DNA from: Eledone cirrhosa
Taxonomy: Eukaryota
Direction: 5' to 3'
Assembly (NCBI GenBank): GCA_964016885.1
Contig: OZ024756.1
Coordinates: 40,300,001-40,364,000, forward strand
Length of the DNA: 64,000 nucleotides
Under the pieces are notes generated by a model. That model did no database searches. It was not told the origin of the DNA and worked only from the letters and a program-made list of their open reading frames with translations. Below are positions 1-13,900 of the stretch, in pieces; position 1 is the stretch's first letter; each line of letters opens with the position of its first letter. Both the position numbers and the translations under genes were made by a program.

Positions 1-674
1 GAATGAATGAATAAATAAATAAATTCATCTAAATTATAGAAAAAAGAAAGTAAAAGAAGAGGAAGAAGAAGAAACAATTAAATGTTTAAATAATAAAAGT
101 AGAGGAATTTGACCATGAGCCATCTCGTTGTCAGTGAAAAGTTAAGGATGTTTACTACATAACATCTGTAATATAGACAGGGCTGTCTGTGAGCAGTGGA
201 GCCACCAAGAGATTAAAACAAAGTCTTATACATGATTTATGTAAAGAACTGTTTGTTCTTTACAAAAAAAAAAAAAAAATTAATTTAACAACAAAACATA
301 GTGAAGTAATAAATAAATTAATTAAAACAAAACAGAACAGAAAAGGCCAGAGAGGAAGAAGAGAAATGAGGCCAATTATTTTTTTAACCTTGTGCACGCA
401 CTAGGCGCCTTATGTTGCCGATAGAGTAATCTCCCCTTGATGTAGTGTCAAAGGAAGCCATTCATAAAATATTCAGCGTGCTTAAGGTTAAGGTTTCATT
501 ATTAAACAATGAAAGAATTTGACCTAAAAAAAAAAAAAAACCTACAATAAATGCTGTGTGTAAGACAGAAGAAAAAAAATAATTGTGATTGAGAGAGATG
601 GAAATTTAAGCGAGTTATCATTTAAATGAACATATATAAATACAGACAGACACATAGAAAGTTCCAGAAATTAA

Positions 675-715
<41 letters not shown>

Positions 716-1142
716 GCCAGGCTGAAAAAAAAAAAAAAATTTTGTTCTTTTAAATCACAAAAAATACTTCATTTTTGTATATACTTCAACCAGAAAATTC
801 CATGTCACTTTTTTGACCGACCCCTTATTAGGGGATAAAAAACAACAACAAAAAGATGCAAGATAAAAGATATCTTTTTTTTTTTCTTAAAAAAGCCACT
901 AAAAAAAAAAAAAAGACAGGAAATTTCTATCTGAGCACCATCTAGATTCCGTTTGAAGTTTCATTTCTCTTGTGTTTTTTTGGGGGTTTGGTTTTTTTTT
1001 TTTTTGCTTCTAGAAATTATAAACCATTTAATCATATATTTTTGTTATAGTAGGAGTTGTTCTTGGATTTTAAAAAATGTGTGGGACTGGGGATAGTCAT
1101 TTCAGCAATAAATATATATATATATATATATACTACACACAC

Positions 1143-1175
<33 letters not shown>

Positions 1176-1595
1176 GATATATGTGTGTGTGTGTGTGTGC
1201 ATATATATATATATATACACATATATAGACAGAGAGATAGATAGAGGTGTAAGATATTGTCAACACGAGGCCTAAAGAACAACCATGGCCAACAGCTTAT
1301 CCCTTATGCAAGCTTACCTTTGCATTATGAAACCTTTGGTAGCCTATGATATATATATATACACATATATATATACGGTAGCCTATGATATATATTTATG
1401 CATGAGTAATCATATGAATTATGTAAATGTGTGGTGATATTTACAAAGAAAATGTTTGTCAAAGGGTGGGGAAGGGGGTGGCTGATTGGGGGATGGGCGT
1501 GGTTTTTATATATTTGTCTTCTTTGTGTCTCCAAGAGCTGCAAATGATGAGAAGGGGGAAGGGGAGAGAGACACAGGGGCCAAGAGGTTGCTGTT

Positions 1596-1644
<49 letters not shown>

Positions 1645-2735
1645 CATATATACACATAATATATATATATACATGAGTGTGTGATGAAGGTTTCTAGCTA
1701 AGATCACAAAATAGCACAAAAAAAACAAAACAAAACAAAAACAAAAACATCAACATAAACACAGACTTAGGAAAAAACAAACAACACACATAATTTATAT
1801 TGCTGACCAACAGTTGTAGATATTGTAGTTGTGGTTGTTGTTATTGTTGGCTTCAACTCCCTTTTATGTAATATATGTGTATATATAGATATATACACAC
1901 ACAAGACATCAGTGAGACTGTTAAGTCGGTTTTTTTGTTTTTTTTTTACATTTATATATAATTATGTATGTATAACTGTACGTACGTGTGTGTATATATA
2001 TATATATGTATACGTACGCGTGTATATATATGTATGTGTGAGCGTATGTAATATATGTATATGTGTACACGTTTTTTCAGAGGATAAGTTTGTTGTTCTT
2101 GTATTTGTTGTTGTTGTTGTTGTTGCATTGATTTTTCTGAAATAAATAAATAATAATAATAAAAAAAAAAACAATTTCTTTTTCTTTTTTTTTTCTTTTA
2201 AATTTCAAAACTGTTGTTTTCCACCACTCCCCGCCTCCTCACAACAATTCCAAGAAGAAGAAGACGCACAAATATGTTCATTATTATTATTATTATCATT
2301 TTTTTTTTTTGCATTTTGATGTTTTGTTTAAATTTGAGTGATTAAAAACAAAAAACAATGACAAATGGTAGGAGGAGGAAGAAGGGGAGGTAAGTGCATG
2401 TGTGGGGCTGGGGAGGGGTGAGAGAGTTTCCACAGACAGAGAATTCAGCTGAAAAATACACACACCCCCAGCCCCACCCCTTACCTTCTTGGTCTCTCTA
2501 TATATATATAATAAATAAAACACAAACAAACAAGACCAAGTCACAATTTCTCCACAATTTCTTTCACTTTTTTTTTTGTGTCGTTTTTCTGAGAATTTCA
2601 AATTTTTTTTCTTTTTTCCCCCCAATTTCGTAGCAACAACAACAATAATAATAATAATAAACAATAAAAAAAAAAACAACCTACAATACTAGAGCGTTTC
2701 TGCATACCAACTGAGATTTTGTGTGTATATGTATG

Positions 2736-2767
<32 letters not shown>

Positions 2768-3973
2768 TGAATGAATGCCATCATCAATTAAAATAGGATG
2801 ATGACACACATACATATATAGGTCTATAAATACACACAAGTTTATATATACATTATATATATATATATATATATATACAATATATATATATATATACAAT
2901 ATATATATACAATATATATATGTACAATATATATATATATACAATATATATATGTACAATATATATATGTACAATATATATATGTACAATATATATATAT
3001 GTACAATATATATACTATATATATACAATATATATATATATATATACAATATATATATATATATATACAATATATATATATATATACAATATATATATAT
3101 ACAATATATATATATACAATATATATATATATACTATATATATATATACTATATATATATATACTATATATATATATACTATATATATATATACTATATA
3201 TATATATACTATATATATATATACTATATATATATATACTATATATATATATACTATATATATATATATACTATATATATATATACTATATATATATATA
3301 CTATATATATATATACTATATATATATATACTATATATATATATACTATATATATATACTATATATATATATACTATATATATATATACTATATATATAT
3401 ACTATATATATACAATATATATATATATACTATATATAGATATACAATATATATATATATACTATATATAGATATACAATATATATATATATACTATATA
3501 TATATACTATATATATATATATATACTATATATATACAATATATATATATATACTATATACTATATATATATATATATACTATATATATATATATATATA
3601 CTATATATATATATATATATACTATATACTATATATATATATATACTATATATATATATATACTATATATATACAATATATACATATAATGTATATGTAT
3701 ATATATATATATATAATGTAATGTATATATATATATAAAGTATATATATAAATATATAATGTATATATATAATGTATATTGTATATATATAATGCATATT
3801 GTATATATATAATGTATATATATATAATGTATATATATATAATGTATATATATATATAATGTATATATATATATAATGTATATATATATAATGTATATAT
3901 ATATAATGTATATATATATATATAATGTATATTGTATATATATATAATGTATATTGTATATATATATATATAT

Positions 3974-4029
<56 letters not shown>

Positions 4030-4319
4030 ATATATATATATGGGGGGGGGAGTAATTAGTAGCAGAGAGTTAACAATAACAACAACAACAACATCATTAT
4101 AGCTTGCAACAGAACATGGCAGTGATGAAATGGCAGACTCCACTTCTAACCCCTCAATATCTGGTGAACAATGTTATATATATATATTGTCATTCTTCCC
4201 ATAACTGCCCAACAATCACACTATGGTATGGTGGGGTGGGGCAGAGAGAGAGGGCGGGGGGGAGAGTTTGGTCAGATATAAAGAAACTAACAGTTTTGAG
4301 AGGAAATATATGTGTGCGT

Positions 4320-4770
4320 GTATGTATGTGTGTAGGAGAAATGGAGAGGAATGTGTGTGTGTGTAGGTATATGTCTGTGTGTGTACGTATCTGTATGTGT
4401 GTAGGAGAAATGGAGAGGAATGTGTGTGTGTGTAGGTATATGTCTGTGTGTGTACGTATCTGTATGTGTGTAGGAGAAATGGAGAGGAATGTGTGTGTGT
4501 GTAGGTATATGTCTGTGTGTGTACGTATCTGTATGTGTGTAGGAGAAATGGAGAGGAATGTGTGTGTGTGTAGGTATATGTCTGTGTGTGTACGTATCTG
4601 TATGTGTGTAGGAGAAATGGAGAGGAATGTGTGTGTGTGTAGGTATATGTCTGTGTGTGTACGTATCTGTATGTGTGTAGGAGAAATGGAGAGGAATGTG
4701 TGTGTGTGTAGGTATATGTCTGTGTGTATACGTATCTGTATGTGTGTAGGAGAAATGGAGAGGAATATAT
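4320..4770. repeat. 60-bp minisatellite, about 7.5 copies
   Basis: Unit gtaggagaaatggagaggaatgtgtgtgtgtgtaggtatatgtctgtgtgtgtacgtatctgtatgtgt-like, near-identical copies. Confidence 0.9.
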
Positions 4771-4800
4771 ATGAGTGTGTGTAGGACAAACGGGGAGGAA

Positions 4801-4832
<32 letters not shown>

Positions 4833-5137
4833 AGGTATATATGTAGATATATATGTGTGTGTAGGTATATATGTCTGTGTGTTTGTGTGTAGGACAAATG
4901 GAGAGGAATATTTATTTTACATTTAACATATATTATATATTACATATAATCTTCACACACAAACATATATACCTATTACACACACACATACATATATACC
5001 TACTACACACTCACACACACACATATAACGTTCACACACATACATATATACCCACACACACATACAATCATGTTATAACACATCAATATGTAGGAATCCT
5101 AATCGATTGCTATAAAAAAAATAGCTGAGAAATTTTG

Positions 5138-5750
5138 GAAAAATACCCTTATTGATGTGATTTGGGAGAAAATACCCTTATTGGTGTGGTTTGGGGGGAA
5201 ATACCCTTATTGGTGTGGTTTGGGGGGAAATACCCTTATTGATGTGATTTGGGAGAAAATGCCCTTGTTGGTGTGGTTTGGGGGGAAATACCCTTATTGA
5301 TGTGATTTGGGAGAAAATACCCTTATTGATGTGATTTGGGAGAAAATACCCTTGTTGGTGTGGTTTGGGGGAAAATACCCTTATTGATGTGATTTGGGAG
5401 AAAATACCCTTATTGATGTGATTTGGGAGAAAATACCCTTGTTGGTGTGGTTTGGGGGAAAATACCCTTATTGATGTGGTTTGGGGGGAAAATACCCTTA
5501 TTGATGTGGTTTCGGGGGAAAATACCCTTATTGGTGTGGTTTCGGGGGAAAATACCCTTATTGATGTGGTTTGGGGGAAAATACGCTTATTGGTGTGGTT
5601 TGGGGGAAAATACTCTTATTGATGTGGTTTGGGGGAAAATACCCTTATTGATGTGGTTTGGGGGAAAATACTCTTATTGATGTGATTTGGGGGAAAATAC
5701 CCTTATTGATGTGATTTGGGAGAAAATACCCTTATTGGTGTGGTTTGGGA
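5138..5750. repeat. About 30-bp minisatellite, about 20 copies
   Basis: Unit aaaatacccttattgatgtggtttggggg with variants. Confidence 0.92.
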
Positions 5751-5784
5751 ATTCCCATATTTTTGATAATTCATAAAATATAAT

Positions 5785-6250
5785 ATATATATTACATATT
5801 GAACATTATAATATATATTACATATTGTATAATATATATTACATATTGTATATTATAATATATATTACATATTGTATATTATAATATATATTGTGTATTG
5901 TATATTATAATATATATTACATATTGTATATTATAATATATATTGCGTATTGTATATTATAATATATATTACATATTGTATATTATAATATATATTACAT
6001 ATTGTATATTATAATATATATTGCGTATTGTACATTATAATATATATTACATATTGTATATTATAATATATATTACATATTGTATATTATAATATATATT
6101 GTGTATTGTATATTATAATATATATTGTGTATTGTATATTATAATATATATTGTGTATTGTATATTATAATATATATTACATATTGTATATTATAATATA
6201 TATTGTGTATTGTATATTATAATATATATTACATATTGTATATTGTAATA
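5785..6250. repeat. About 26-bp AT-rich minisatellite
   Basis: Unit tattataatatatattacatattgta. Confidence 0.9.
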
Positions 6251-6380
6251 TGCATTGCTTATTGTGTAATTTTCTCTCTCTAAGCACACACACATGAACA
6301 TATACTTTTATCTCTATCAAATATATGTATATCAATATTATTTACATTAAATATATCACACACACACACACAATTTTTCC

Positions 6381-6503
6381 CTGGATTTTCTCTGAAGAGA
6401 TACGTTGAGTACTACTGAGCTGTGGGGGAATAATGGATTATATAATAATATAGATTTCATAGGCTGATACGTAACATATTGAAACACGAGTAAGACTTTC
6501 CAG
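6381..6503 (+). ncRNA. Type I hammerhead ribozyme motif with an extended helix II
   Basis: CTGAAGA 6392-98; helix II gatacgttg/taacatatt; GAAA 6481-84; near-palindromic ACACGAGT; GUA site; helix I tct/aga plus ctgga/tccag. Confidence 0.6.
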
Positions 6504-7375
6504 TATTCAATAAATGAATCATTGAATATCAGCAAATGTACCTTGTTTTGCTATTAATCTCTGTGTGTGTATGTATATATATATATAAACATATACATAG
6601 ATTTGCATGTGTAATATGGAAACTTTTTGATTTATATTTTGTAAATCAAATAACATATAATTCTGAGCTATTGTCACACACACACCAAATGATTTAAACT
6701 TGTTTCGCCTTAGTTTTAAAACAGATTTTAAAAAGATGGTTCTTTTATTGCTCATAGAGGCTTCCATAGAACAGCAACAAAGAGTAGTAGCAAGGGAGGT
6801 AATTCAACATTTAAATTGATTCTGAATGACGCTCGTTAGATTCTAATGTCGTCTCTCAAAAGATGAAATCATTTGAAACAGAAGAAATAGCTGACGATAG
6901 AGGACCCTATTGAAATATGGCAACTATATTTAAAGATATTCCTGGATACAGGCCAGCTCTAACTACAAACTGCTTCACTATTTACTATTTAACTCTTCTT
7001 ATACCAAACTACCTGAAGCAAACCCTGCTTCTAGAATAAAAAACCTTTTTTATTTTAGAATCTTCCATCACAAATTTATGGAAGAACCTGCTTAATAATG
7101 AGAAAGTTAATTACATTACTAAATGCTTCCCCTCCCCTGCCATATCTACCAAGCCTGGCCCATATCTGCCAAGCCTGGTCCATGTCTGCCATGCCTGGCC
7201 CATCTCTACCAAGCCTAGCCCATATCTGCCAAGCCTGGCCCATACCTTCCAAGCCTGGCTCATATCTACCAAGCCTGGCCCATGTCTTTTAAGCTCTGCC
7301 TATGTCTTTACAGACTTCCCATTATTCCAATATTAACATTCTATTGTTCTTATTTTTATTTATTTCAGAGAAATA

Positions 7376-8545
7376 ATTGTTTCTACTTTAGACACAAGGC
7401 CAGCAATTACCCAGTGCATTACTGGTACTTTATTTTATCGATCCCGTAAGGATGAAAGGCAAAGTCAACCTCGGTGGGATTTGAACTCGGATCGTAAAGG
7501 GACGTAACTATTCTGGAAAACATGGCGTCCAACCCTCTACCGATACTGCCAATCCACCACCCTACCATGGCGTCCGACCCTCTACCGATACTGCCAATCC
7601 ACCACCCTACCATGGCGTCCAACCCTCTACCGATACTGCTAATCCACACTAACTTTAACTTACTGAGTAAAAACAATGAAGAACAACTGGAAAAATCAAA
7701 GATATGTAATTTGATGGAGAGAAAAATAAAAATACTTGCTTAAGATGAAACAAGTGAATAAGGTGGAAATGCTACCAAAGTTGGAAACAATAAAGAACAG
7801 GAATAACTTGAGGGTTTAATAATATTTGTGTTAGTAGGGGCACACAGTCAGTTGTATGTAGTTGGTTAATTTGACAGACTGGGGTCTTACTGATTATTGA
7901 ACCTGCCCCAGGAAGGAAGGAGAGGAACATTCTACTCCAACAGAAATTCAAACTCAGAACTGTACCACCACCACTACCGTAACAACAACAACAGCAATGG
8001 TTTCTAATTTAGACACAAGGCCAGCACATTTCTGGGGGAAGGTAATTTTAATTAAATAAGCCCCAGTATTTGACTCGTCCTTTATATTATCGACCCTGAA
8101 AGGATGAAAGGCAAAGTTGGCTTCAGTGAGATTTGAACTCACAATCTAAACAACCCAAACAAATACTGTAACAGTATTTTATCATAATTCTACCAAGTCT
8201 ACCAATTTACCCTCAAATATTTGTTTCTGATTTAGGCACAAGGCCAACAATTCCAAGGGAGGTGAAAGTCGATTAAATCGACCCCAGTACGTTACTGGTA
8301 CTTTATTTCATCTACCCCCGTAAACATGTAAAGCAAAGTGAACCTCAGCGAGATTTGAACTCAGAACAAGTAAAGGGCCTTAACACTATGCTGCAAAGCA
8401 TGTTGCCCGATGCTCTACCGATCACTGCCAATTTGCCACCTTCAAATAATCATTTCTAACAGTAACACAAGGTCATACATTTGTGGAGGCCCAGTCAAGT
8501 TAATGACACCCCGGACCCCCCAGTACATTACTGGTACTTAAAGGT
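7376..8545 (-). mobile_element. Cluster of 3-4 SINE family B copies; the first has a triplicated 45-bp head (7520-7650)
   Basis: Repeated tactggtactttattttatcgacccc..ggatgaaaggcaaagt..ggatttgaactc (B box on the minus strand). Confidence 0.75.
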
Positions 8546-9326
8546 TCTCTGTCATTCTAATGAATCATCTAATTAATAATGAAAATAATAAAAAAAAAAT
8601 GTTTAAAGTGGGTTTCTATTTATAAGTTTCTTTAAAAAGAGAATAAAATACATACACAGTAAAAATTGCTGCCTGAAAATTTTTTAAATGTTAATATTTG
8701 AAGCTTAAAATATGAGAATGAAAAGAAGAGGAAGAAAGAAAATGGAGGGGAAACTGAGGTTGTATTAAATATTTAGAAGTTTCTAGGTAGGTTTTGGTAC
8801 TTGGAGGGAGAACAGAACATACAAGTCTATGTATGGTAACCAGAGACCGATTACAGATACTAGAGAGGCTAGAACCTGTCACCACTATACACTACCAGGA
8901 CTCCCTAGTGGTCTGTTCCACTCCCATCTACATTATAACCTGTCACCCCTATAAACTACCAGGACTCCCCAGTGGTCTGGTCCAATCACATCTCTACATC
9001 ATAACCTGTCACCCCTATAAACTACCAGGACTCCCTAGTAGTCTGGTCCACTCCCATTTACATCATAACCTGTCACTCCTGGCTCACTAATGGTCTGGGC
9101 CGGTCCACTTCCATTTGTACAGCGTGGGGATGGATGATCTGTCCCCACCCACCTTAGAAATTAGCAGAGGAAGTAAGGCAGGGGGACCGGCCCACAAAAG
9201 CCCCTTCCATCTTCACACAGTAGCTTGTCATCTTTATCCAGTTTTGTGATAATAAATATCAAAGGTGTAGGCGAGGGGGAATGGTTTGACTCTCCTAAAA
9301 ATATTAAGGGACACAGAGCCACACAA

Positions 9327-9373
<47 letters not shown>

Positions 9374-9705
9374 GGAGGCACATGGCTTAGTGGTTAGAGC
9401 ATTATTGGCCTTGCAATTGAAAGATTGTGAGTTCAATTCTCAGACCGGGTGATGTGTTGTTTCCTTGAACAAGACACTTTATTTCACATTGCTCCAGTTT
9501 ACTCAGCTGTAGAAATGAGATGATAGGGACTGGGGTCCCTATCATTCCACTGCAAAGTGGTTGTGGAGGTGCCATGGAAAAAAAAGCACGCAGCACTCAC
9601 TGTAAATGAGGTTGGTATTAGGAAGGGCATCCAGCTGTAGAAATCAAGCCAGAATCAGTTCCCGTCCCACCCTTGCAAGCAGGGAAAAGCGGATGTGAAA
9701 TATGA
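9374..9705 (+). mobile_element. tRNA-derived SINE, family A (CORE-like body, RTE-like tail)
   Basis: Pol III A box (tggcttagtgg) and B box (gagttcaattc), ccttgaacaagacacttt body, tail ggtattaggaagggcatccagctgtagaaa. Nearly identical to the 23128 copy. Confidence 0.85.
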
Positions 9706-9886
9706 AAAAAAAGAAAGATGAATATATATATATCATTCTGTCATTACCATAACACAAGTCCGACAAGCCTTTGATTCCAGAGTCGGACCTAAACAATACA
9801 GATCGAGCCTTCAGCTGATCAATCACAAAATACGCGTCACACCTCAATAAATGTAATGAAGATCTAACAGCTCGTTTTTATATATA

Positions 9887-9945
<59 letters not shown>

Positions 9946-10123
9946 AATGAGTTATTTGGTTTGTTGACTATTCAACAAAGTTAATTTACAACAGATTAGA
10001 AGCACTCAACGGTATTTATCCGAAGTATCATTAATATCAATAATATTAATAAACGGAAAATATCTTTAATAAAATAAATATGGTTTTATAAAGATATTTT
10101 CCATTTATTAATATTATTGATAT

Positions 10124-10158
<35 letters not shown>

Positions 10159-10418
10159 CACATACATGTATTATAGATTCATATATGTACTCATATGTAT
10201 TATGCACACATACATGTACTACACACCCAAACACATTCATACATATGCGTGCGTGAGTATATATATGTGTGCACACATATATACTCACATTCACACACCA
10301 ACTCATCTAGCAACATACTGTACAACAGAGTAAAACGATATACCTGACCAAAGAGACGGAGAGAGAAAGAAGAGAAGTATGTGACATGTGTGTGTGTGTA
10401 TATATATGGTGTGTGTAT

Positions 10419-10481
<63 letters not shown>

Positions 10482-10942
10482 CATATATATACATGATGAT
10501 GTTATACAGATAGACACCGACACCCACCCACACGTGTATAGTATGTATGTATGTATGTATAACAATGGGAATAGAGAAAAATTAAACACCCTAAAACATT
10601 AGAAATAAGACCCCCCGCCCCCTCCATTATTTCCGCCATGAATCAACCCCCCCCCCCCCCCCCCCCGACACACTTTGGGTTAAAAAAAATATTTAAAAAA
10701 AAACAGAAAAAAAAAAACAAAGGGTTTTTCATGTTTGTTTTTGTTTTTCTTCTTCTTCGCCCCTCCCACCCCCTGCACTTAAAATGAAGAATTTTTAGGA
10801 AATGTCATGTCTGCCTTTCTTTGTAATTTCTTCAATTTCTGAAACGTTTAACATTTGTTTTATTTATTTTTTTTTTTTTTTCCCATCGTCAAGTGAAGGA
10901 AGGAAAGTTTTAATTAAAATTCGGTTCAATCCGCCGTTTCTG

Positions 10943-13900
10943 TTAGAAGTGTTTATGGCACAGTTCACAGGTGAAGTGTTGTTCGCCTATGTGTGTCCGG
11001 AAATGGCGAGTGAGATGGGACGCCTCAAAGAACTTGGAGTGACATATTTCACACTCGTACGGCCGATCAGTGGAGTGTGTCCGCCTGTGTACGGTAAGTG
11101 TGTAGGACTGGGAGAAGGCCTTGCTGCAGACATCACACTTGAAGGGGCGTTCGCCGGAATGTGTTCGCATATGCCGGGTCAGCGTGTAGGACTGGGAGAA
11201 GGCCTTCTCACAGACTTTGCACTTAAATGGCTTTTCTCCAGAATGTATCCTCTTGTGTCTCGTCAAATGGCTAGGTTCCTGGAAACACTTATGACACACT
11301 TCACATTCAAACGGCCGCTCGCCGGTATGAGTTTTCAGATGTTTCTTCAGAGTTGTCAGATTCGTAAATACCCGGCTACATATAGCGCAAGCTTCTGAAA
11401 CCACTGACTTGGTGCGATTTGTCTTCTTCTTCTTCTTTTGTCCATTAGCAGCATTGTTAGTATTGCTGTTGTTACTGTTCACACCACCTTCACTTTTTAT
11501 CACTTCTGTAGTCTCGAAAATTTCATTATTCTGAATGTCTACTGGTTCCATTTTACATACAACCATCTTGCTACTTTCTTCCATCAGCCCTTCCTCAGAC
11601 ACTTGATTCCCATCAACAACAGGTTCCACTGAAGCAGATTTAACATTTTCCCTGAGAATATCCAAATCCAAACTTTCTGAATCTTTGGAAGATGCTGTTG
11701 ATTCCCCTATGCTGTTCTTGGAGACATCAGTGCCACATACAGCTACTGCAAGTTCCGTAGGAGAACAAATACTGCTCTCTATTTCAACCGTCGGGCCCTC
11801 AGCAGCACACAAACCATTGCCAAGGTTGTCAGATGAACCTGCAGCAGCTAATAAAGTGTTGACAAGTCCCGCTGTACAAAGATTGCCAACTGAGGAGACA
11901 GTCTCTCCATTGTTCGTAATAACAGCCAGACAAGCATTGTTGCCTTGTAGTAAGGTATTGTTATTCATTGGTAAAACAGTGGTACCTGTGGCGTTGATAG
12001 TTGGTAGCACAGTAGCACATGTACCGATAGTTGGTAGGACTGTACCGATAGTTGGCAGGGCCGTCATACATGTACTGATGGTTGGTAGAGCTGTAATACA
12101 AGTACTGATTGATGGTAAAGCTGTCATACAAGTACTAATAGCTGGTAAAGCAGTAACACATGTACTAATAGCTGGGAGAGCAGCCACACAACTGCTGTTA
12201 GTCAATGGTTTCAGATCATCAGATCCATTTTCACTGATGGTGACACTCTTATCGCTAGTCGTGACAACTGCTCCACTTGTAGTGTTCACCGCTTCAACAG
12301 ATTCTGTCTTTGGTTTGTGAGTGCGCATGTGTCTGGTTAACGTATACGACTGTGAAAACGCTTTCTCACAAACTTTACATTTAAACGGTCTTTCACCTGA
12401 GTGGATAATCTTATGTCGCTTCAAATTACTTGGTTCCTGGAAACATTTCTTACAAACATCACATTCAAACGGTTTCTCCCCAGAATGGGTCTTCATGTGT
12501 TTCTTCAAACTGGTTGAATTTGTAAACACACGGTTGCAAACAGTACAAGTCTCGGGAACCGACATCTTTGGTCGGCTTGGTCTTTTCTTTTTAGTAGAAT
12601 CCGGTGCCATTGTTTCGGCAGCCTGGTCGTTTGCTTGGTTCTGGCTCAGACAAACTCCGTACGTATTGCTGCTGCTTGGTTCTGTTTTTATCATATTTAC
12701 ATCGACCAAACTGTTTTGGTTATCAGTCTGACAGATGTTCGCGACGCTGCCATCGGAGTTGGTTAATGCTTCTTGGTTGACGCTCTTCGCCACACTTGCT
12801 ACACACAGGTTTGATATGTCTGTTGCACAGATGTTGTTTTCAAGTGTGATTGCTGTGCATATGGTATTTCCTAAAGCATCTGTGGCGCAGATGTTATTAG
12901 CAAGAACTTCCTGGGAGCAGATATTATTGGTTAAACTATCGGTGACGCATATATTACCGGGACTGTCTGAAGTACAAATGCTGGTTCCTGCGAAGTTGAT
13001 ATGGGTTCCAGGACTGTCTGATACACAGATATTATTGCTGGGACTGTTGGCTACACAGATATTGCTCATTGAAATATCAGCCACGCATACATTGTTCATA
13101 CCAATATCAGTGCCACAGATATTACTCATGGTAATTTCTGGCCCACACACTGTACCAATCTGGATATCAGAGGCGCAAATATTATTCATAGAGATATCAC
13201 TATCACATATGGCATTCATCTGTATATCAGATTCACAGATATCTTGCATGGCAATATCAGACACATCAGCCATTGGTATTTCTGCAGCACACACATCACC
13301 GATGGGTATTTCAGGTTCACACATATCTGTCATAGGAAGGTCTGCCTCACACAAGTCGTTCATAGCAACATCAGCTCCGCAGATATTGTCCATTTGAAGG
13401 ACACTTTCACAAATATTGCCTTTAGAATTCACTCGACTACAAATGTCGTTATGTTGTTCTCCACGTGATGGGTTGTTTTCTCTGACACCAATGCCAACAC
13501 CTTCCGATAGGCTTTCCCCACTTGAAGAATTTTCCAAGCCTCCAGAATCACAAATTTTGTTCTCAAAACCAGCAGCAGAATCACAGAGGCCTTTCTCACA
13601 GCTGTCTATATTAGTATTCTCGCTTGTTCCAGAACCATCCAATATATGGTTCATACGAGCCCGTATTTCACTTGATTCCTCAGTATCCAGTGATGCAATT
13701 ATATTTACAGTGGCATCGTTTTCACTTATAGAATCAACATAGTTTTCCTCTTCTTGACCAGTTTCATTGGCAGAACTTTCACAGTTGACAATACTGTTGT
13801 GTAGAATCTGAGCTTCAACAGTAGATTTCTCTCCATAAATCTCCAGGTTTCCCACAGAGTCTGTTGTTATAAAAGCATGCCCTCCCTCAACTTGATCGAG

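Noticed and set aside
6885-6931. CTGACGA-tagaggaccctatt-GAAA-tatggcaactata-TT hammerhead-like core
   Set aside because: Helices II and III can be drawn, but helix I does not pair and there are extra bases before GAAA; decayed or chance.
9374-9450. tRNA-like sequences with A/B boxes
   Set aside because: They continue into SINE bodies and lack a proper cloverleaf, so they are SINE heads rather than tRNA genes.
10802-13742. Plus-strand ORFs overlapping the zinc-finger gene
   Set aside because: Antisense shadow frames with no independent protein features.
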